A stretch of DNA of 64,000 bases, taken from the NCBI GenBank assembly GCA_031409275.1, contig JANNXA010000044.1, positions 45,830-109,829 on the forward strand, in the 5' to 3' direction. The stretch is from Planctomycetota bacterium (GTDB taxonomy: Bacteria > Planctomycetota > B15-G4 > SIAN01). Below are positions 26,518 to 37,013 of this stretch, piece by piece. The first letter of the stretch is position 1, and each line of letters begins with the position of its first letter. A program made the position numbers and the translations under genes. Under the pieces are notes generated by a model. The model did not search any database. It worked only from the letters and a program-made list of their open reading frames with translations, and was not told where the DNA came from.

Positions 26518-28578
26518 TCAGATGAACCACGGCAGGAAGATCACGCCGACGACGGTCATCAGCTTGATCAGGATGTTGATGCTGGGGCCGGAGGTGTCCT
26601 TGAACGGGTCGCCGACCGTGTCGCCGACGACCGCCGCCTTGTGCACCGCGCCACCCTTGCCGCCGTACTGACCGCCCTCGATGTACTTCTTCGCGTTGTC
26701 CCACGCGCCGCCGGCGTTCGACATGAAGATCGCCATCATCACGCCGGCGACGAGCGCGCCGGCCAGCAGGCCGCCGAGTCCCTGCACGCTCCAGAAGCCG
26801 GTCGCGATCGGCGCGACCACTGCCAGCAAGCCCGGCAGCGCCATCTGCTTGATCGCACCGTCGGTCGCGATCGCGACGCAGCGCGCGGTGTCGGGCTTGG
26901 CGGTGCCTTCCATCAGCCCCTTGATCTCGCGGAACTGCCGGCGCACTTCCTCGACCATCTTGTTGGCCGCGTTGCCGACCGCGCGCATCGTCATCGCGCT
27001 GAAGAGGAACGGCAGCGCGCCGCCGAGCAGCAGGCCGATGATCACGTCGGTCGAGTTGATGTCGAGCACGAGGTCGTGCCCCGCGACGCCGTTGCCAAGC
27101 AGCGAGCCGGCACGCGCACAGAAGGCGTTGAAGAGCGCCAGCGCGGTGAGCGCCGCCGAGCCGATGGCGAAGCCCTTGCCGATCGCGGCGGTCGTGTTGC
27201 CGCACGCGTCGAGCGAGTCGGTGCGTTGACGCACTTCCTTCGGCAGCTCGGCCATCTCGGCGAGACCGCCCGCGTTGTCGGCGACCGGCCCGTACGCGTC
27301 GACGGCCAGCGAGATGCCGAGCGTCGAGAGCATGCCGACCGCGGCCATCGCGACGCCGTAGACGCCGCCGAGCTTGTAGGAGACGAAGATCGCGATGCAG
27401 ATGAAGATCACCGGCAGCATCACCGATTCCATGCCGGTCGCGAGGCCGTGGATGATGTTGGTGGCCGCGCCGGTCTGCGACTGCTTCGCGATGTTCTTGA
27501 CCGGATTGAAGCTGGTCGACGTGTAGTAGTCGGTGATCTTGCCGATGATGACGCCGGCGATCAGGCCGCTGACGGTGGCGCCGAAGATCTTCAAGCCGAC
27601 GACGTCCGACGGGAACGTGAGCGCCTGCGTGCAGAGCCACCAGGTGGCGAAGCCGACGACGATCGACGCGATCACGAGGCCGCGGAAGAGCGCGCCGGTC
27701 AGCTTGCTCTCGTCCTTCGCGTTGACGAAGAAGCCGCCGAAGATCGAGCCGATGATGCCGAGCGCCGAGACGGCGAGCGGCAGGATCACCATGCTGTCGA
27801 CGTGGTCCTTGCCGGCCCACGCGAAGGCGCCGATGGTCATCGCGGCGACGATCGAGCCGGCGTAGCTCTCGAAGAGGTCGGCGCCCATGCCCGCCACGTC
27901 GCCGACGTTGTCACCGACGTTGTCGGCGATGGTCGCCGGGTTGCGCGGGTCATCCTCGGGGATGCCCGCCTCGATCTTGCCGACGAGGTCGCCACCGACG
28001 TCGGCCGCCTTCGTGAAGATGCCGCCGCCGACACGCGCGAACAGCGCGATCGAGCTGGCGCCGAACGAGAAGCCGAGCACCTGCTCGAGCACCTTGCTCG
28101 TGTAGCCCTCGGCACCGGAATAGAAGTAGGTGAAGCCCACGAGGCCGAGCAGCGCAAGGCCGACGACGGTCAGCCCCATCACCGAGCCCGAGCTGAAAGC
28201 GACGCGCAGCGCCTCGTTCAGCCCCGTGCGCGCCGCCTGCGTGGTGCGGACGGCGGCACGCGTCGAGCAATGCATGCCGAAGTAGCCGGCCAGCGCGGAG
28301 AAGCTCGCGCCGCAGACGAAGGCGAGCGCCGTCTTCGGGCCGAGGCCGAGTTCGGCGCTCGACATCGCGATCACGCCGCCGACGACGACGACGAACAGCC
28401 CGAGCCACTTGTACTCGGCCTTCAGGAACGCCGCGGCGCCCTCCTGCACGAGCTTCGAGATCTCGATCATCCGCGGCTCGCCTGGACTCAACTTCATGAT
28501 CTTCATGAAGGTGAGCACCGCGAAAACGAGCGCGATGACGGCGCACACCGCGGAGACGAGTAGGAAGTTGATGTCCAT
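26518..28578 (-). CDS. hppA: Membrane-bound Na+/H+-translocating pyrophosphatase, K+-dependent type
   Basis: '[19 protein letters not shown]', 'DNVGDNVGD', '[14 protein letters not shown]'; 'GNTTAA' has Ala at the K+-dependence position. Confidence 0.97.
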   Translation of the reverse strand: MDINFLLVSAVCAVIALVFAVLTFMKIMKLSPGEPRMIEISKLVQEGAAAFLKAEYKWLGLFVVVVGGVIAMSSAELGLGPKTALAFVCGASFSALAGYFGMHCSTRAAVRTTQAARTGLNEALRVAFSSGSVMGLTVVGLALLGLVGFTYFYSGAEGYTSKVLEQVLGFSFGASSIALFARVGGGIFTKAADVGGDLVGKIEAGIPEDDPRNPATIADNVGDNVGDVAGMGADLFESYAGSIVAAMTIGAFAWAGKDHVDSMVILPLAVSALGIIGSIFGGFFVNAKDESKLTGALFRGLVIASIVVGFATWWLCTQALTFPSDVVGLKIFGATVSGLIAGVIIGKITDYYTSTSFNPVKNIAKQSQTGAATNIIHGLATGMESVMLPVIFICIAIFVSYKLGGVYGVAMAAVGMLSTLGISLAVDAYGPVADNAGGLAEMAELPKEVRQRTDSLDACGNTTAAIGKGFAIGSAALTALALFNAFCARAGSLLGNGVAGHDLVLDINSTDVIIGLLLGGALPFLFSAMTMRAVGNAANKMVEEVRRQFREIKGLMEGTAKPDTARCVAIATDGAIKQMALPGLLAVVAPIATGFWSVQGLGGLLAGALVAGVMMAIFMSNAGGAWDNAKKYIEGGQYGGKGGAVHKAAVVGDTVGDPFKDTSGPSINILIKLMTVVGVIFLPWFI

Positions 28579-28933
28579 GCAGGTTCTCTGGAGCGAAAAA
28601 GGCCTGGCCAAAGGCAAGTCGAACGCACGCTGCGTCGGGACACTTGCGCTGGGCGCGCCCTGGTGGAACGACGGCACCGACCCCGGTGCTACCCACCATG
28701 AACCGCCCTAGAAATTGGGGCCACGAATGTAGCCGGGGGTCGCCTGCCGTCAATCGCAGCGACGCCGGGCGGCCCCCAAAGTTCGCCCTCTGCCCTGAAG
28801 GAACTCGGCGACCGGAAGGAACTTCTCGTTCGATGGGACGTTCGTGCTTCGTGCGGGAGGGTCTAGGGCGGCGTTGAAGCTGCGAATAGGCGCGCGAACG
28901 ACGGGGCGCTGCGGCCGCCGCGCCGCCCCTCGC

Positions 28934-29923
28934 TCACCCGGCCGCCGCTTTCACTGCGCCGTCGCCGCTGGTCGAGCTGGCGTTCGTTTCGCCGCTGGCC
29001 GCCTTCTCGGCCGGAGAGAGTTCGCGCCGGTCGCGCACGATCAGGGTGCCCGAGCCTTCGTTGGTGAAGATCTCCGTCAGGAGGCTCGCCCGCTGGCTGC
29101 CGATGACGTGGACGCGCGCGACGCCCTGCTCCAGCGCCATGCGGATGGCGCTGGCCTTCGGCAGCATCCCGCTGGCGACGGAGCCGTTCTCGACCAGCTC
29201 CTCGAGGCCGCGCAGGTCGGTGCAGGAGATCAGCGAGCTCGGGTCGCTCTTGTCCTCCAGGATGCCAGGCACGTCCGACACGAAGACGAGCTTCTCGGCA
29301 CGGAGCGCGCGGGCGAGCGACGCGGCCACGGTGTCGGCATTGATGTTCAGCACATTGCCGGCGTCGTCGGCGGCGAGCGGGCTCACCACCGGCAAGTAGC
29401 CGGCCGCCAGCAACTTCTCCAGGAGTGTGGGGTCGACGCCGTCGACATCACCGACGTGGCCGAAGTCGACCATGGTCGGCGTCCCATCGACGATGACGGA
29501 GCGGGGCGCGCGACGACGCGCCTTCACCATGCCGGCGTCGATTCCCGACACCCCCACCGCCTGCAGGCCGACCGCTCGGCATGCCGCGAGCACGTTGGTG
29601 TTGACTGCCCCGTTCATCGACAACACCGCAATCTCGAGCGACGCTGCGTCGGTGACGCGCCGCCCCTCGATCATGCGCGGCTCGATGCCGAGCTTTCGCG
29701 ACAGGTCGCTGGTCTGTGGGCCGCCGCCGTGCACCAACACGACGTGAACGCCGAGCTCGCGCACCACGGAGAGCTGCTCGGCGAGGTCGCGCAACAGCGA
29801 CGGATCGCTGCAAGGCGCCCCGCCGATCTTCACCACGAAGATCTTGCCCTTGAACAGGCGGACGTACGGCAGCGCGCGCTTCAGCGAATCCATGGTGGCG
29901 CTGCGATCATCGGCGAACGTCAT
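28934..29923 (-). CDS. argB: Acetylglutamate kinase
   Basis: 'VVKIGG', 'VHGGGPQ', 'GRRVTD', 'NINAD', 'GMLPK'; ATGA-coupled to argD. Confidence 0.93.
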   Translation of the reverse strand: MTFADDRSATMDSLKRALPYVRLFKGKIFVVKIGGAPCSDPSLLRDLAEQLSVVRELGVHVVLVHGGGPQTSDLSRKLGIEPRMIEGRRVTDAASLEIAVLSMNGAVNTNVLAACRAVGLQAVGVSGIDAGMVKARRRAPRSVIVDGTPTMVDFGHVGDVDGVDPTLLEKLLAAGYLPVVSPLAADDAGNVLNINADTVAASLARALRAEKLVFVSDVPGILEDKSDPSSLISCTDLRGLEELVENGSVASGMLPKASAIRMALEQGVARVHVIGSQRASLLTEIFTNEGSGTLIVRDRRELSPAEKAASGETNASSTSGDGAVKAAAG

Positions 29924-31116
29924 CGGGAGATCTCCTCGGGAGCGTGACGAGGCACGCTCTCCAGCGCGGCAGCGAGCCGCTCGACATGCTCTTCTTCCAC
30001 GACCAGCGGCGGCAGCAGGCGCACGATCCGTGGATCGTGGCTGGAGCCAGCCAGGATTCCGCGCGTGCGAAGCTCGGCGAGGACTTCCTTCGCCGGTCGC
30101 GACACGCGCAATCCAATCAACAATCCAAGCCCCTGGATGCCGTCCACGGGCCCGACGCAACAGGTGTCGAAGATGCGCTTCGACACGCGTCGCACCCGTT
30201 CGAGGACGTGATCCTCTTCAAGCGCCTGCAGCGTCGCCTCGACCAGCGCGCACGCGAGCGGCCCGCCGCCGAACGTCGTGCCGAGCTGCCCCTTCTTGAT
30301 CCTGGCGGCGACCGCATCGCCGACCAGCATCGCGCCCACCGGAAACCCGCCGGCGATTCCCTTCGCGGTGGTGAGCACGTCGGGAACGACGCCGTAGTGG
30401 TCGGCGGCGAACGGTTGGCCCGAGCGGCACACGCCGATCTGCACTTCGTCGAGCAGCAGCAGCGCCCCCGCTCGCGTCGTCGCCGCGCGCGCCGCACGAA
30501 CGAACGCCATCGACAGCGGCCGCGCGCCGGCGACGCCTTGCACCGGCTCGAAGATCACGGCGGCGGTCTGCTCGTCGACGGCCGCTTCCAACGCGGCAAC
30601 GTCATCGAACGGCACCCAGGTCACGTCGAACGGCTTGCGCGGGAACGCATACCAGCCTTCGTGGTGATCGGTGATGGCCGCGGCGGCGGCGGTGCGTCCG
30701 TGGAACGCGCCCTCCACCGCGACGACCTTCGGTCGCTTGGTCACCAGGAACGCGACGCGCAACGCGTTCTCGTTCGCCTCGGCGCCCGAATTCACGAAGA
30801 AGACCTTCGTGAGTCCGCGCGGCGCCAGCTTCACCAACCGTGCCGCCGCGCGCGTGCGCACCTCGAGGTCGACCGCGTTGCTCTGGAAGAAGAGTCGCTT
30901 CGCCTGCGCGACCAACGCATCGACGAGCCGCTGGTGGCCGTAGCCCAACGACGCCACGGCGTGGCCGCCGTAGAAGTCGAGGTAGCGCTTGCCGTTCGAG
31001 TCGACGACATGGACCCCATCGCCGCTGGCGACGGTCATGCCCATGCGATCGAAGACGTCGAGGAGCGGATCGTTCGTCGAAGCTGCGGCTGGCGTTGCCG
31101 CGGCGTTTGCATTCAT
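29920..31116 (-). CDS. argD: Acetylornithine aminotransferase (class III PLP)
   Basis: 'NSGAEANE', 'FHGRT', 'EPVQG', 'DEVQ', 'TAKGIAGGFP', 'TTFGGGP'; TGATG-coupled to argC. Confidence 0.9.
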   Translation of the reverse strand: MNANAAATPAAASTNDPLLDVFDRMGMTVASGDGVHVVDSNGKRYLDFYGGHAVASLGYGHQRLVDALVAQAKRLFFQSNAVDLEVRTRAAARLVKLAPRGLTKVFFVNSGAEANENALRVAFLVTKRPKVVAVEGAFHGRTAAAAAITDHHEGWYAFPRKPFDVTWVPFDDVAALEAAVDEQTAAVIFEPVQGVAGARPLSMAFVRAARAATTRAGALLLLDEVQIGVCRSGQPFAADHYGVVPDVLTTAKGIAGGFPVGAMLVGDAVAARIKKGQLGTTFGGGPLACALVEATLQALEEDHVLERVRRVSKRIFDTCCVGPVDGIQGLGLLIGLRVSRPAKEVLAELRTRGILAGSSHDPRIVRLLPPLVVEEEHVERLAAALESVPRHAPEEISR

Positions 31117-32273
31117 CAGTACCACCCCAATCCCGGCAGCTCGAGGCCCGCCCCATCGGGCAGCCCGAACAGCCGGTTCATCCACTGGACCGCGCCGCCG
31201 GCGGCGCCCTTCGCGAGGTTGTCGATCACCGACGTCACGACGAGCGTCCGGCCGCGCGTCGCGATTCCGAGCCGCACCTTGTTGGTGCCGACGACTTCCG
31301 TCAGCTTCGGCGCCGTCGTCGTCGCGACCACGAACGAGCGCCCGCCGGTGGCGTGCGCGCGCTGTTCATGCAGCGCGTTCACCTGCTCGACGAGTGCGGA
31401 AGCGCTGGCGTCACGGCGCAGCGTGAGTCGCAGCGTCGCGTGGATGCCGCGGACGAACGGCCCGGAGTGCGGGACGAACTCGACCTCTGGCGCGCGGCCG
31501 TCCGCGCAGGCCGCTCCGATCAGCCGACGCATCTCCGGCTCGTGGCGATGCGACAGCGCGTTGTAGGCGTAGAGCGTCGCGTGGCGTTCCGGGTGGTGGG
31601 TGTTGGCGGCGGGAGTTCGGCCGCTGCCCGAGCTGCCGGTCACGGCACTCGCGAACACATCCCCTTCGACGAGCCCGAGCTTGAAGAACGGCCACGCGGC
31701 GCACGTCACGGCAGTCGTGAAACAGCCGGGCTGCGCGGCATGACGCATCGGCGGCGCCGCCCCCCCATCGACGTGCTCTGGCACGGCGCAGGTGAAGCGC
31801 TCGAGCAGCTCGGGCGCTGCGTGCGGCTTGCCGTAGATCGACGCCCATTGGGACGCGTCGGGAAAACGGAAGTCGGCGGAGAGATCGACGACGTGGAAGT
31901 CGCTCAACGCGGCGCCGCGATCGAGTCCAGCGGCCGCTCGTGCCGCGAACAGCTTCTTCGCGAGCGGTGCCGCGGCCCCATGCGGCGTCGCGATGAAGAT
32001 GGCGAGCGGACCGCCGCGCACGCACGCGTCGAGCACCGCCTCTTCGGTCGCGAACCGCAGCGCGTCGAGCCTCGTGCCCGCGAGGTGTGGGAAGGCGCTG
32101 ACGACGAGCTCGTCGGGTTGGCTGGTCGATGCGACATGGGTGGCGACGAAACGCGGGTGGAGCGCGAGGAGACGCAGCAGCTCGCCGGCCACGTAGCCGG
32201 AGCCGCCGTGGACTGCCGCTGTGATCGGTGCGTCGTCGCGTGGCGCCGCGTGGCGCGGTGCGTCAGACGTCAT
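31116..32273 (-). CDS. argC: N-acetyl-gamma-glutamyl-phosphate reductase
   Basis: 'GGSGYVAGEL', 'ATPHG', 'DLSADFR', catalytic 'PGCFTT', 'IDNLAKGAAG'. Confidence 0.92.
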   Translation of the reverse strand: MTSDAPRHAAPRDDAPITAAVHGGSGYVAGELLRLLALHPRFVATHVASTSQPDELVVSAFPHLAGTRLDALRFATEEAVLDACVRGGPLAIFIATPHGAAAPLAKKLFAARAAAGLDRGAALSDFHVVDLSADFRFPDASQWASIYGKPHAAPELLERFTCAVPEHVDGGAAPPMRHAAQPGCFTTAVTCAAWPFFKLGLVEGDVFASAVTGSSGSGRTPAANTHHPERHATLYAYNALSHRHEPEMRRLIGAACADGRAPEVEFVPHSGPFVRGIHATLRLTLRRDASASALVEQVNALHEQRAHATGGRSFVVATTTAPKLTEVVGTNKVRLGIATRGRTLVVTSVIDNLAKGAAGGAVQWMNRLFGLPDGAGLELPGLGWY

Positions 32274-33390
32274 CGTGAGTGCCCCCGGCGGCCGCCGCGA
32301 AGGCGCGACCGCTCTCACTTGCCGCGCGCGTCGCGACGAGCTGATCGAGGCCGCTCTTGGCGAGGACGATGCGTGCGAGCTCGTCGGCTTGCGTCCTGGC
32401 GTTGCGCGCCGGGCAGCCCGCCTGCTCTTCGACGAGACGCGCCGCGGCGGTGTTGTCGGTCGCGGGACCGGTGATCGCGGTGCATTCGAGGCCGTAGCGA
32501 TCACGCAGCAGTTGCACGCCGCCCCACGCCGCGACCGGGTCGGACGCAGCGAGCACGACGGCCGAGAAGCTGGCGCGGATCTCGGGCGTCGCGAGGATCT
32601 CGTTCACTCCGTAGAGGCCAAGCAAACCGTCGCCAAGCTCGAGCACGATCGCATCGGGGCGATCACGCGCGAGATTCGTCAGTATCGTGCGTGCAGCGAG
32701 CGGCGCCGTCTGCGGCGTCGTCGTGACGATGCCGAGGTCGGTGAACATCAGGATCCGGCGCGCGCCGGCGTCTTCCATCGAGAGGATGTCGCGGCGCAGC
32801 GAAACACCGGTCGTCTTGCCGGCGCCGACGCGCAGGCCGACGTGCGCAAACGACTGCACGAGGCTGCACGCCGCGGCAGTCTTGCCCGCGTTCATGCAGG
32901 AGCCGACGATGGCGACGACCGGGATGCCGCGCACGTCGAGCAGCTCCTCAACTGGCAGCGCGCCTTGCGTGATGTGCGCCGGAACGCCGATGCGCTCGCC
33001 GAGGAACGGGAAGTGAAGCACCTGGCCAAGGACCTCGACCACGAATGGTGCGCCGAGGTCCGGCGAACCGCCATCGTGCACGCCGATGACGCCACCGAGG
33101 TTCAGCACGTTCAGTTTGTCGCCGACCTTCACTTCGCTCGGCACGTGGCCGGAATAGCCGAACAGCGCCTTGCGATGGCCGAGCGCGCCGGCAACGACGT
33201 CGCCCGGCTTCACTTGCGAGAAGCGACCCGACGGCAGCTCGAGCGTGTTGTAGGTGCTCTTGCTGGTCAACACGCGAACGGCGACGACGCTGCCTTCGAC
33301 CGCGTGGATCTCATTGGCCACGCGCACTTCGCGCGACAGGCGGCAGTTCAACGTGACGGAGCCGATCTTGTCGAGCAGGACAGTCTTCAT
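32263..33390 (-). CDS. DUF1611/DgcN-like P-loop-motif protein inside the arg operon
   Basis: ATG overlaps the argG stop (TGATG); 'LELPSGR', 'GALGHR', 'GSCMNAGKT', 'GKTTG', 'VLELGDGLL'. Confidence 0.7.
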   Translation of the reverse strand: MKTVLLDKIGSVTLNCRLSREVRVANEIHAVEGSVVAVRVLTSKSTYNTLELPSGRFSQVKPGDVVAGALGHRKALFGYSGHVPSEVKVGDKLNVLNLGGVIGVHDGGSPDLGAPFVVEVLGQVLHFPFLGERIGVPAHITQGALPVEELLDVRGIPVVAIVGSCMNAGKTAAACSLVQSFAHVGLRVGAGKTTGVSLRRDILSMEDAGARRILMFTDLGIVTTTPQTAPLAARTILTNLARDRPDAIVLELGDGLLGLYGVNEILATPEIRASFSAVVLAASDPVAAWGGVQLLRDRYGLECTAITGPATDNTAAARLVEEQAGCPARNARTQADELARIVLAKSGLDQLVATRAASESGRAFAAAAGGTHDDV

Positions 33391-34619
33391 CAGCGGATCC
33401 CTTTCTGCGAACGAGCAATGGACGAGGAAGCGGCGCGCGCGGCGAGCTGCGCCGGCAGCCCCAGAATCCGGCTGAAGCCGGCGGCGTCCGCGGCGGTCCA
33501 CTCCCCCGCCGCTTCGCCATAGACCGCCTTGCTGGCGGCTTTCAACGAGAACGGCGAAGTGACGCCGGTGACGAAGGCGTGTCCGGTACGCAGGAGCACG
33601 CGCACTTCGCCCGTCACGCGCGCTTGTGAACTCGCGAACAGCGCTTCGGCATCGCGACAGGCCGGCTCGACCCACTGTCCTTCGTGGATCCAGTCGCCGT
33701 AGAGGCTCGCGGCGGCTTCCTTCAATCGCTGCTGACGCTGCGTCAACACCAGCTTCTCGAGTTCGCGATGCGCAGCGATCAAGAGCGTCGCCGCGGGCGC
33801 CTCGAATGCGACGCGTCCTTTCATGCCCAGGATCGTGTCGCCGAGATGGATGCCACGGCCGATCCCGAACGGCGCCGCGATGCGATCGAGCGCTTCGATC
33901 AGCGCCACCGGGTCGAGGCGCTTCTCGTCGATCGCGACCGGCACTCCGCGCTCGAACGCGACAGTCAGCGCATGCGGCGCGCGCAACGAATCGAACGCAC
34001 CTCGGGTCAGGACCCACGCGCTCTCCGGAATCGACTCCACCGTGTCGGTCGTTTCCTTGCCGCCGATCGTCACTCCCCACAGACCTCGATTCACGGAGTA
34101 GGCGGCGCGTTGCGCGGAGACGACAATTCCACGATCCCGCAGGTATCCCGCCTCGTGGTCGCGCGAGAAGCCGTGGTCGCGCACGGGCGCGAGGATCTGC
34201 AACTCGGGCGCGAGGGTGCGCAGCGCCACTTCGAAACGAACCTGGTCGTTGCCGGCGGCGGTGCAGCCGTGGGCGACCGCCTTCGCACCGAGACGGCGCG
34301 CCTGCTCCGCCACCACTCGTGCCTGGAGGCTTCGCTCCGCCCCGACACACAACGGATAGAGCGTCCCTCGCAGCACGTTGCCGGCCAGCAACCAGCGCAG
34401 TGTCTCATTGAAGAAATCTTCGCGGGCGTCGATGCAATGGTGGCCGATCGCGCCGAGTTGACGCGATTTGTCGGCGAGCTTCGCGCGCTCGCCGTCGTCG
34501 AGCCCACCGGTGTCGACGATGACCGTGATGACGTCGCTTCCGTACGTCTCTTTGAGCCATGGGACGCAGAACGAGGTGTCGAGACCTCCTGAGAAGGCGA
34601 GCACGATCGGTTCAGCCAT
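33390..34619 (-). CDS. argG: Argininosuccinate synthase
   Basis: 'VLAFSGGLDTS', 'HGCTAAGNDQVRFE', 'GMKGRVAFEAP'; RBS GAGG. Confidence 0.95.
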   Translation of the reverse strand: MAEPIVLAFSGGLDTSFCVPWLKETYGSDVITVIVDTGGLDDGERAKLADKSRQLGAIGHHCIDAREDFFNETLRWLLAGNVLRGTLYPLCVGAERSLQARVVAEQARRLGAKAVAHGCTAAGNDQVRFEVALRTLAPELQILAPVRDHGFSRDHEAGYLRDRGIVVSAQRAAYSVNRGLWGVTIGGKETTDTVESIPESAWVLTRGAFDSLRAPHALTVAFERGVPVAIDEKRLDPVALIEALDRIAAPFGIGRGIHLGDTILGMKGRVAFEAPAATLLIAAHRELEKLVLTQRQQRLKEAAASLYGDWIHEGQWVEPACRDAEALFASSQARVTGEVRVLLRTGHAFVTGVTSPFSLKAASKAVYGEAAGEWTAADAAGFSRILGLPAQLAARAASSSIARSQKGIR

Positions 34620-34769
34620 GATCCCCTCGAAGCAGTTCGGTATGCGATCTTCGCGTGATTCACTCACGTGGGCGTGTGGATCGCGCTCTTTGACGTTTCG
34701 ATCGGAATGCGATCTGACGAGGTTGAAGATGCATCGAAACTTCGATGTCGTTTCGTCTTCCCAGTCGTC

Positions 34770-34807
34770 AGCGCATTAATATGCCATAGTTCAGCTGACT
34801 ATGCAAC
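34770..34807 (-). promoter_or_regulatory. arg operon promoter overlapped by tandem ARG-box-like sites
   Basis: Minus strand TTGCAT-N17-CATATT with extended TG; palindromic core GCATTAATATGC (34773-34784) and a second ATGCA half-site 20 bp away. Confidence 0.6.
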
Positions 34808-35064
34808 GACCTAGTTTGAGCTGATTCCGATCGATTTCCGAACGATGTAGGCTCGGGTTCATCGACCACGCGAGTTCCAATCGCCTGCGTCGACGCGAGC
34901 GGCGCAAATGCATGGCAAATCGCGCGCGCGGACGATCCAGGTGAGTCGCGCGGGGAATTCGCGGCAGCGGAGGACGCGCGGCGTCTCACGCTTCCGCGGC
35001 GCATCACGGCCGTTGTCGTTTTGCGAAGCGGTGCACGCGCTTCAATCGGCACCGCCGTTGAGCC

Positions 35065-35922
35065 TCACTCGATGTCAGGCGGTTGACCGGTCATCCGCTC
35101 GTAGAGGCGCTCGAACTCGGCGAGATCGCGGTAGTCGATGATGATTCGACCGCGGGATCCGCGTTCGACGATCGAGACTTTGGTGCCAAGCGCCTCTCGC
35201 AGCGAGCGCGCCAAGCGGACGGAGTCCGCGGAAACGCTTTTCTGGGATGCCGGCCGCTGCGCGGCGGCGCTCTCCGTCGCTCGAACATTCCAGCGCTGCT
35301 CGAGAATCGACTTGAACAAAACGTCTCGGAGATTCGGATCGGGCTCGGCGAGGAGCGCGCGCGCGTGCCCCTCGCTGATCGCCCCGCTCGCCAATGCAGC
35401 GAGCTGGTGATCGTTCAACTCCAGTACACGCAATGCGTTACTGACGGTAGAGCGTCCCAGTCCCGCCAGTTCGGCGACGCGCTCGTGGGAGAGCTGATGT
35501 TCATCGACCAGCCGTCGGAAACCGCGCGCGCGCTCCACTGGATTGAGGTCGCGACGCTGGATGTTCTCGATCAGCGCGACCACCAACATCTCGGCGTCGG
35601 GGATCGACTTGATCGAAACGGGCACCTTGGTCAGCCCAGCGCGTCGAGCCGCGATGAGTCGGCGCTCCCCCGCGACCAGTTCAAGGCCCCCACCCTCTTT
35701 CGGCCGGACCAAGAGCGGTTGCAGCACCCCGTGCGCGCGGATCGAATCGGTCAGTTCGACGAGCGCCGATTCGTCAAACTGCGACCGCGGTTGCCAAGGG
35801 TTCGGAGAGATCTCGTCCACCCCCACTTCCGCGGTGGCAACGGCGGCAGCTGGCTCGACCGAGGCTTCCGGTGTCGATTGAAGCAGGAAGTCGAGACCTC
35901 GACCAAGACGACGTGATTTCAA
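35065..35922 (-). CDS. parB: ParB/Spo0J chromosome partition protein
   Basis: 'LGRGLDFL', 'PNPWQPR', 'GVLQP', 'AGERR', 'ENIQRRDLNPVE', HTH 'RSTVSNALR'; TTG start. Confidence 0.95.
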   Translation of the reverse strand: MKSRRLGRGLDFLLQSTPEASVEPAAAVATAEVGVDEISPNPWQPRSQFDESALVELTDSIRAHGVLQPLLVRPKEGGGLELVAGERRLIAARRAGLTKVPVSIKSIPDAEMLVVALIENIQRRDLNPVERARGFRRLVDEHQLSHERVAELAGLGRSTVSNALRVLELNDHQLAALASGAISEGHARALLAEPDPNLRDVLFKSILEQRWNVRATESAAAQRPASQKSVSADSVRLARSLREALGTKVSIVERGSRGRIIIDYRDLAEFERLYERMTGQPPDIE

Positions 35923-35976
35923 GCGTTGACTCCGATTGGCGCGCGATCGACGCGGGTGTTATCCGATTCGGCTTCG

Positions 35977-35992
35977 CGTTTCACGTGAAACA
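35977..35992. promoter_or_regulatory. parS: parS centromere site
   Basis: CGTTTCACGTGAAACA, 15/16 match to the TGTTTCACGTGAAACA consensus. Confidence 0.9.
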
Positions 35993-36464
35993 TGACCGCT
36001 GCGGTGCCCGCAACGTCGCGGCCGTTGACGACGACGCTGCGGGGCCCCGACAGCGGCACGCGGGTGGCGCCGGCCGCGGACGACGCCGGGCGCCGACCTC
36101 GCCGGCACGGTGGTGACGCCGGAACGTGCGGACTCGGAGCCGGATCCGTTCGAGGCGACGCGACCGGCGCCGTCGGTCGGCGGCCTTCGGGGGCACGCTC
36201 CGCCGGGTGCTCGACGATCGCGATTCCGGCCGGCGCCGGCGGTGGCGGCCGGCGCGTTGCCTGCGACGCGCGGTGTGCGACCCCAAAGCGTTCCGCCCGG
36301 ACAACGGCGACGTTCCTCGAATCGCCCGGAAACGCTCGCGAGCCGCCGAGAGGCGTCAGCGGCGACCCGACTCGTCGATCTCGCCATCTCGAAGCGGAGA
36401 TCAACCCAAAGCACTCTGAGCGGCCGCGACATCCTCCGGCCGAGGGTGCACGCCGATCAGACGC

Positions 36465-36480
36465 TGTTTCACGTGAAACA
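36465..36480. promoter_or_regulatory. parS: parS centromere site
   Basis: Perfect palindrome TGTTTCACGTGAAACA. Confidence 0.95.
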
Positions 36481-36647
36481 TCGCTGACTCGTCCGGGGCG
36501 CCGACCTGCGAGGACCTGAACGCTTCCGGCGCGGAGAGAGCGAAGGCGCGCCTCGTTCGCGGCACTTCGGTCGGCTCAGCGACGTCCTCAGGGCGCTCCG
36601 CCAGGGGCCAGTTCACTGAATCGACCGCGATTGCTATCAACGATCGA

Positions 36648-37013
36648 ATGCAAACGCCGGAGAACACGCCGTCCGACGACCACCGCGGCTCGTTGGGTCA
36701 GCTTGTGCGCTGGATGGGGGCCGTCCAGGGCGTCGGGTTTCGCGCGCTCGTGCGGAACGAGGCTCGGCGACGCGGCCTGGCCGGTTGGGTGCGCAATCGG
36801 AACGACGGCTCGGTCGAGGCGATGCTCATCGGCGACGCAGTGGCGATCTCGGAGCTCGTCGAAGTAATCGCTCAAACACGTCAGGGCGCGATCCGCGAGA
36901 CCGCGGCGCGTTCGCTCGATCGGTCATACTTGCGGTGCGAAGGCCCTTTCTTCGTCGCTCCCACGAGCGGCGTCGACGCGTTTCTTCCCTACAACGGCGG
37001 GGGCCACGGATGA
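36648..37013 (+). CDS. acyP: Acylphosphatase
   Basis: 'GAVQGVGFR' and 'GWVRNRNDGSVE'. Confidence 0.8.
   Translation: MQTPENTPSDDHRGSLGQLVRWMGAVQGVGFRALVRNEARRRGLAGWVRNRNDGSVEAMLIGDAVAISELVEVIAQTRQGAIRETAARSLDRSYLRCEGPFFVAPTSGVDAFLPYNGGGHG

Noticed and set aside
28934..33390. LysW-dependent (LysY/LysZ/LysJ) reading of argC/argB/argD, prompted by the 'HHPER' motif
   Set aside because: No LysW carrier or LysX/ArgX ATP-grasp gene in the cluster, and argG plus ARG-box-like sites point to the arginine pathway.
35923..36647. Short ORFs between parB and acyP
   Set aside because: Low-complexity translations on both strands crossing parS sites; no RBS or motif support.
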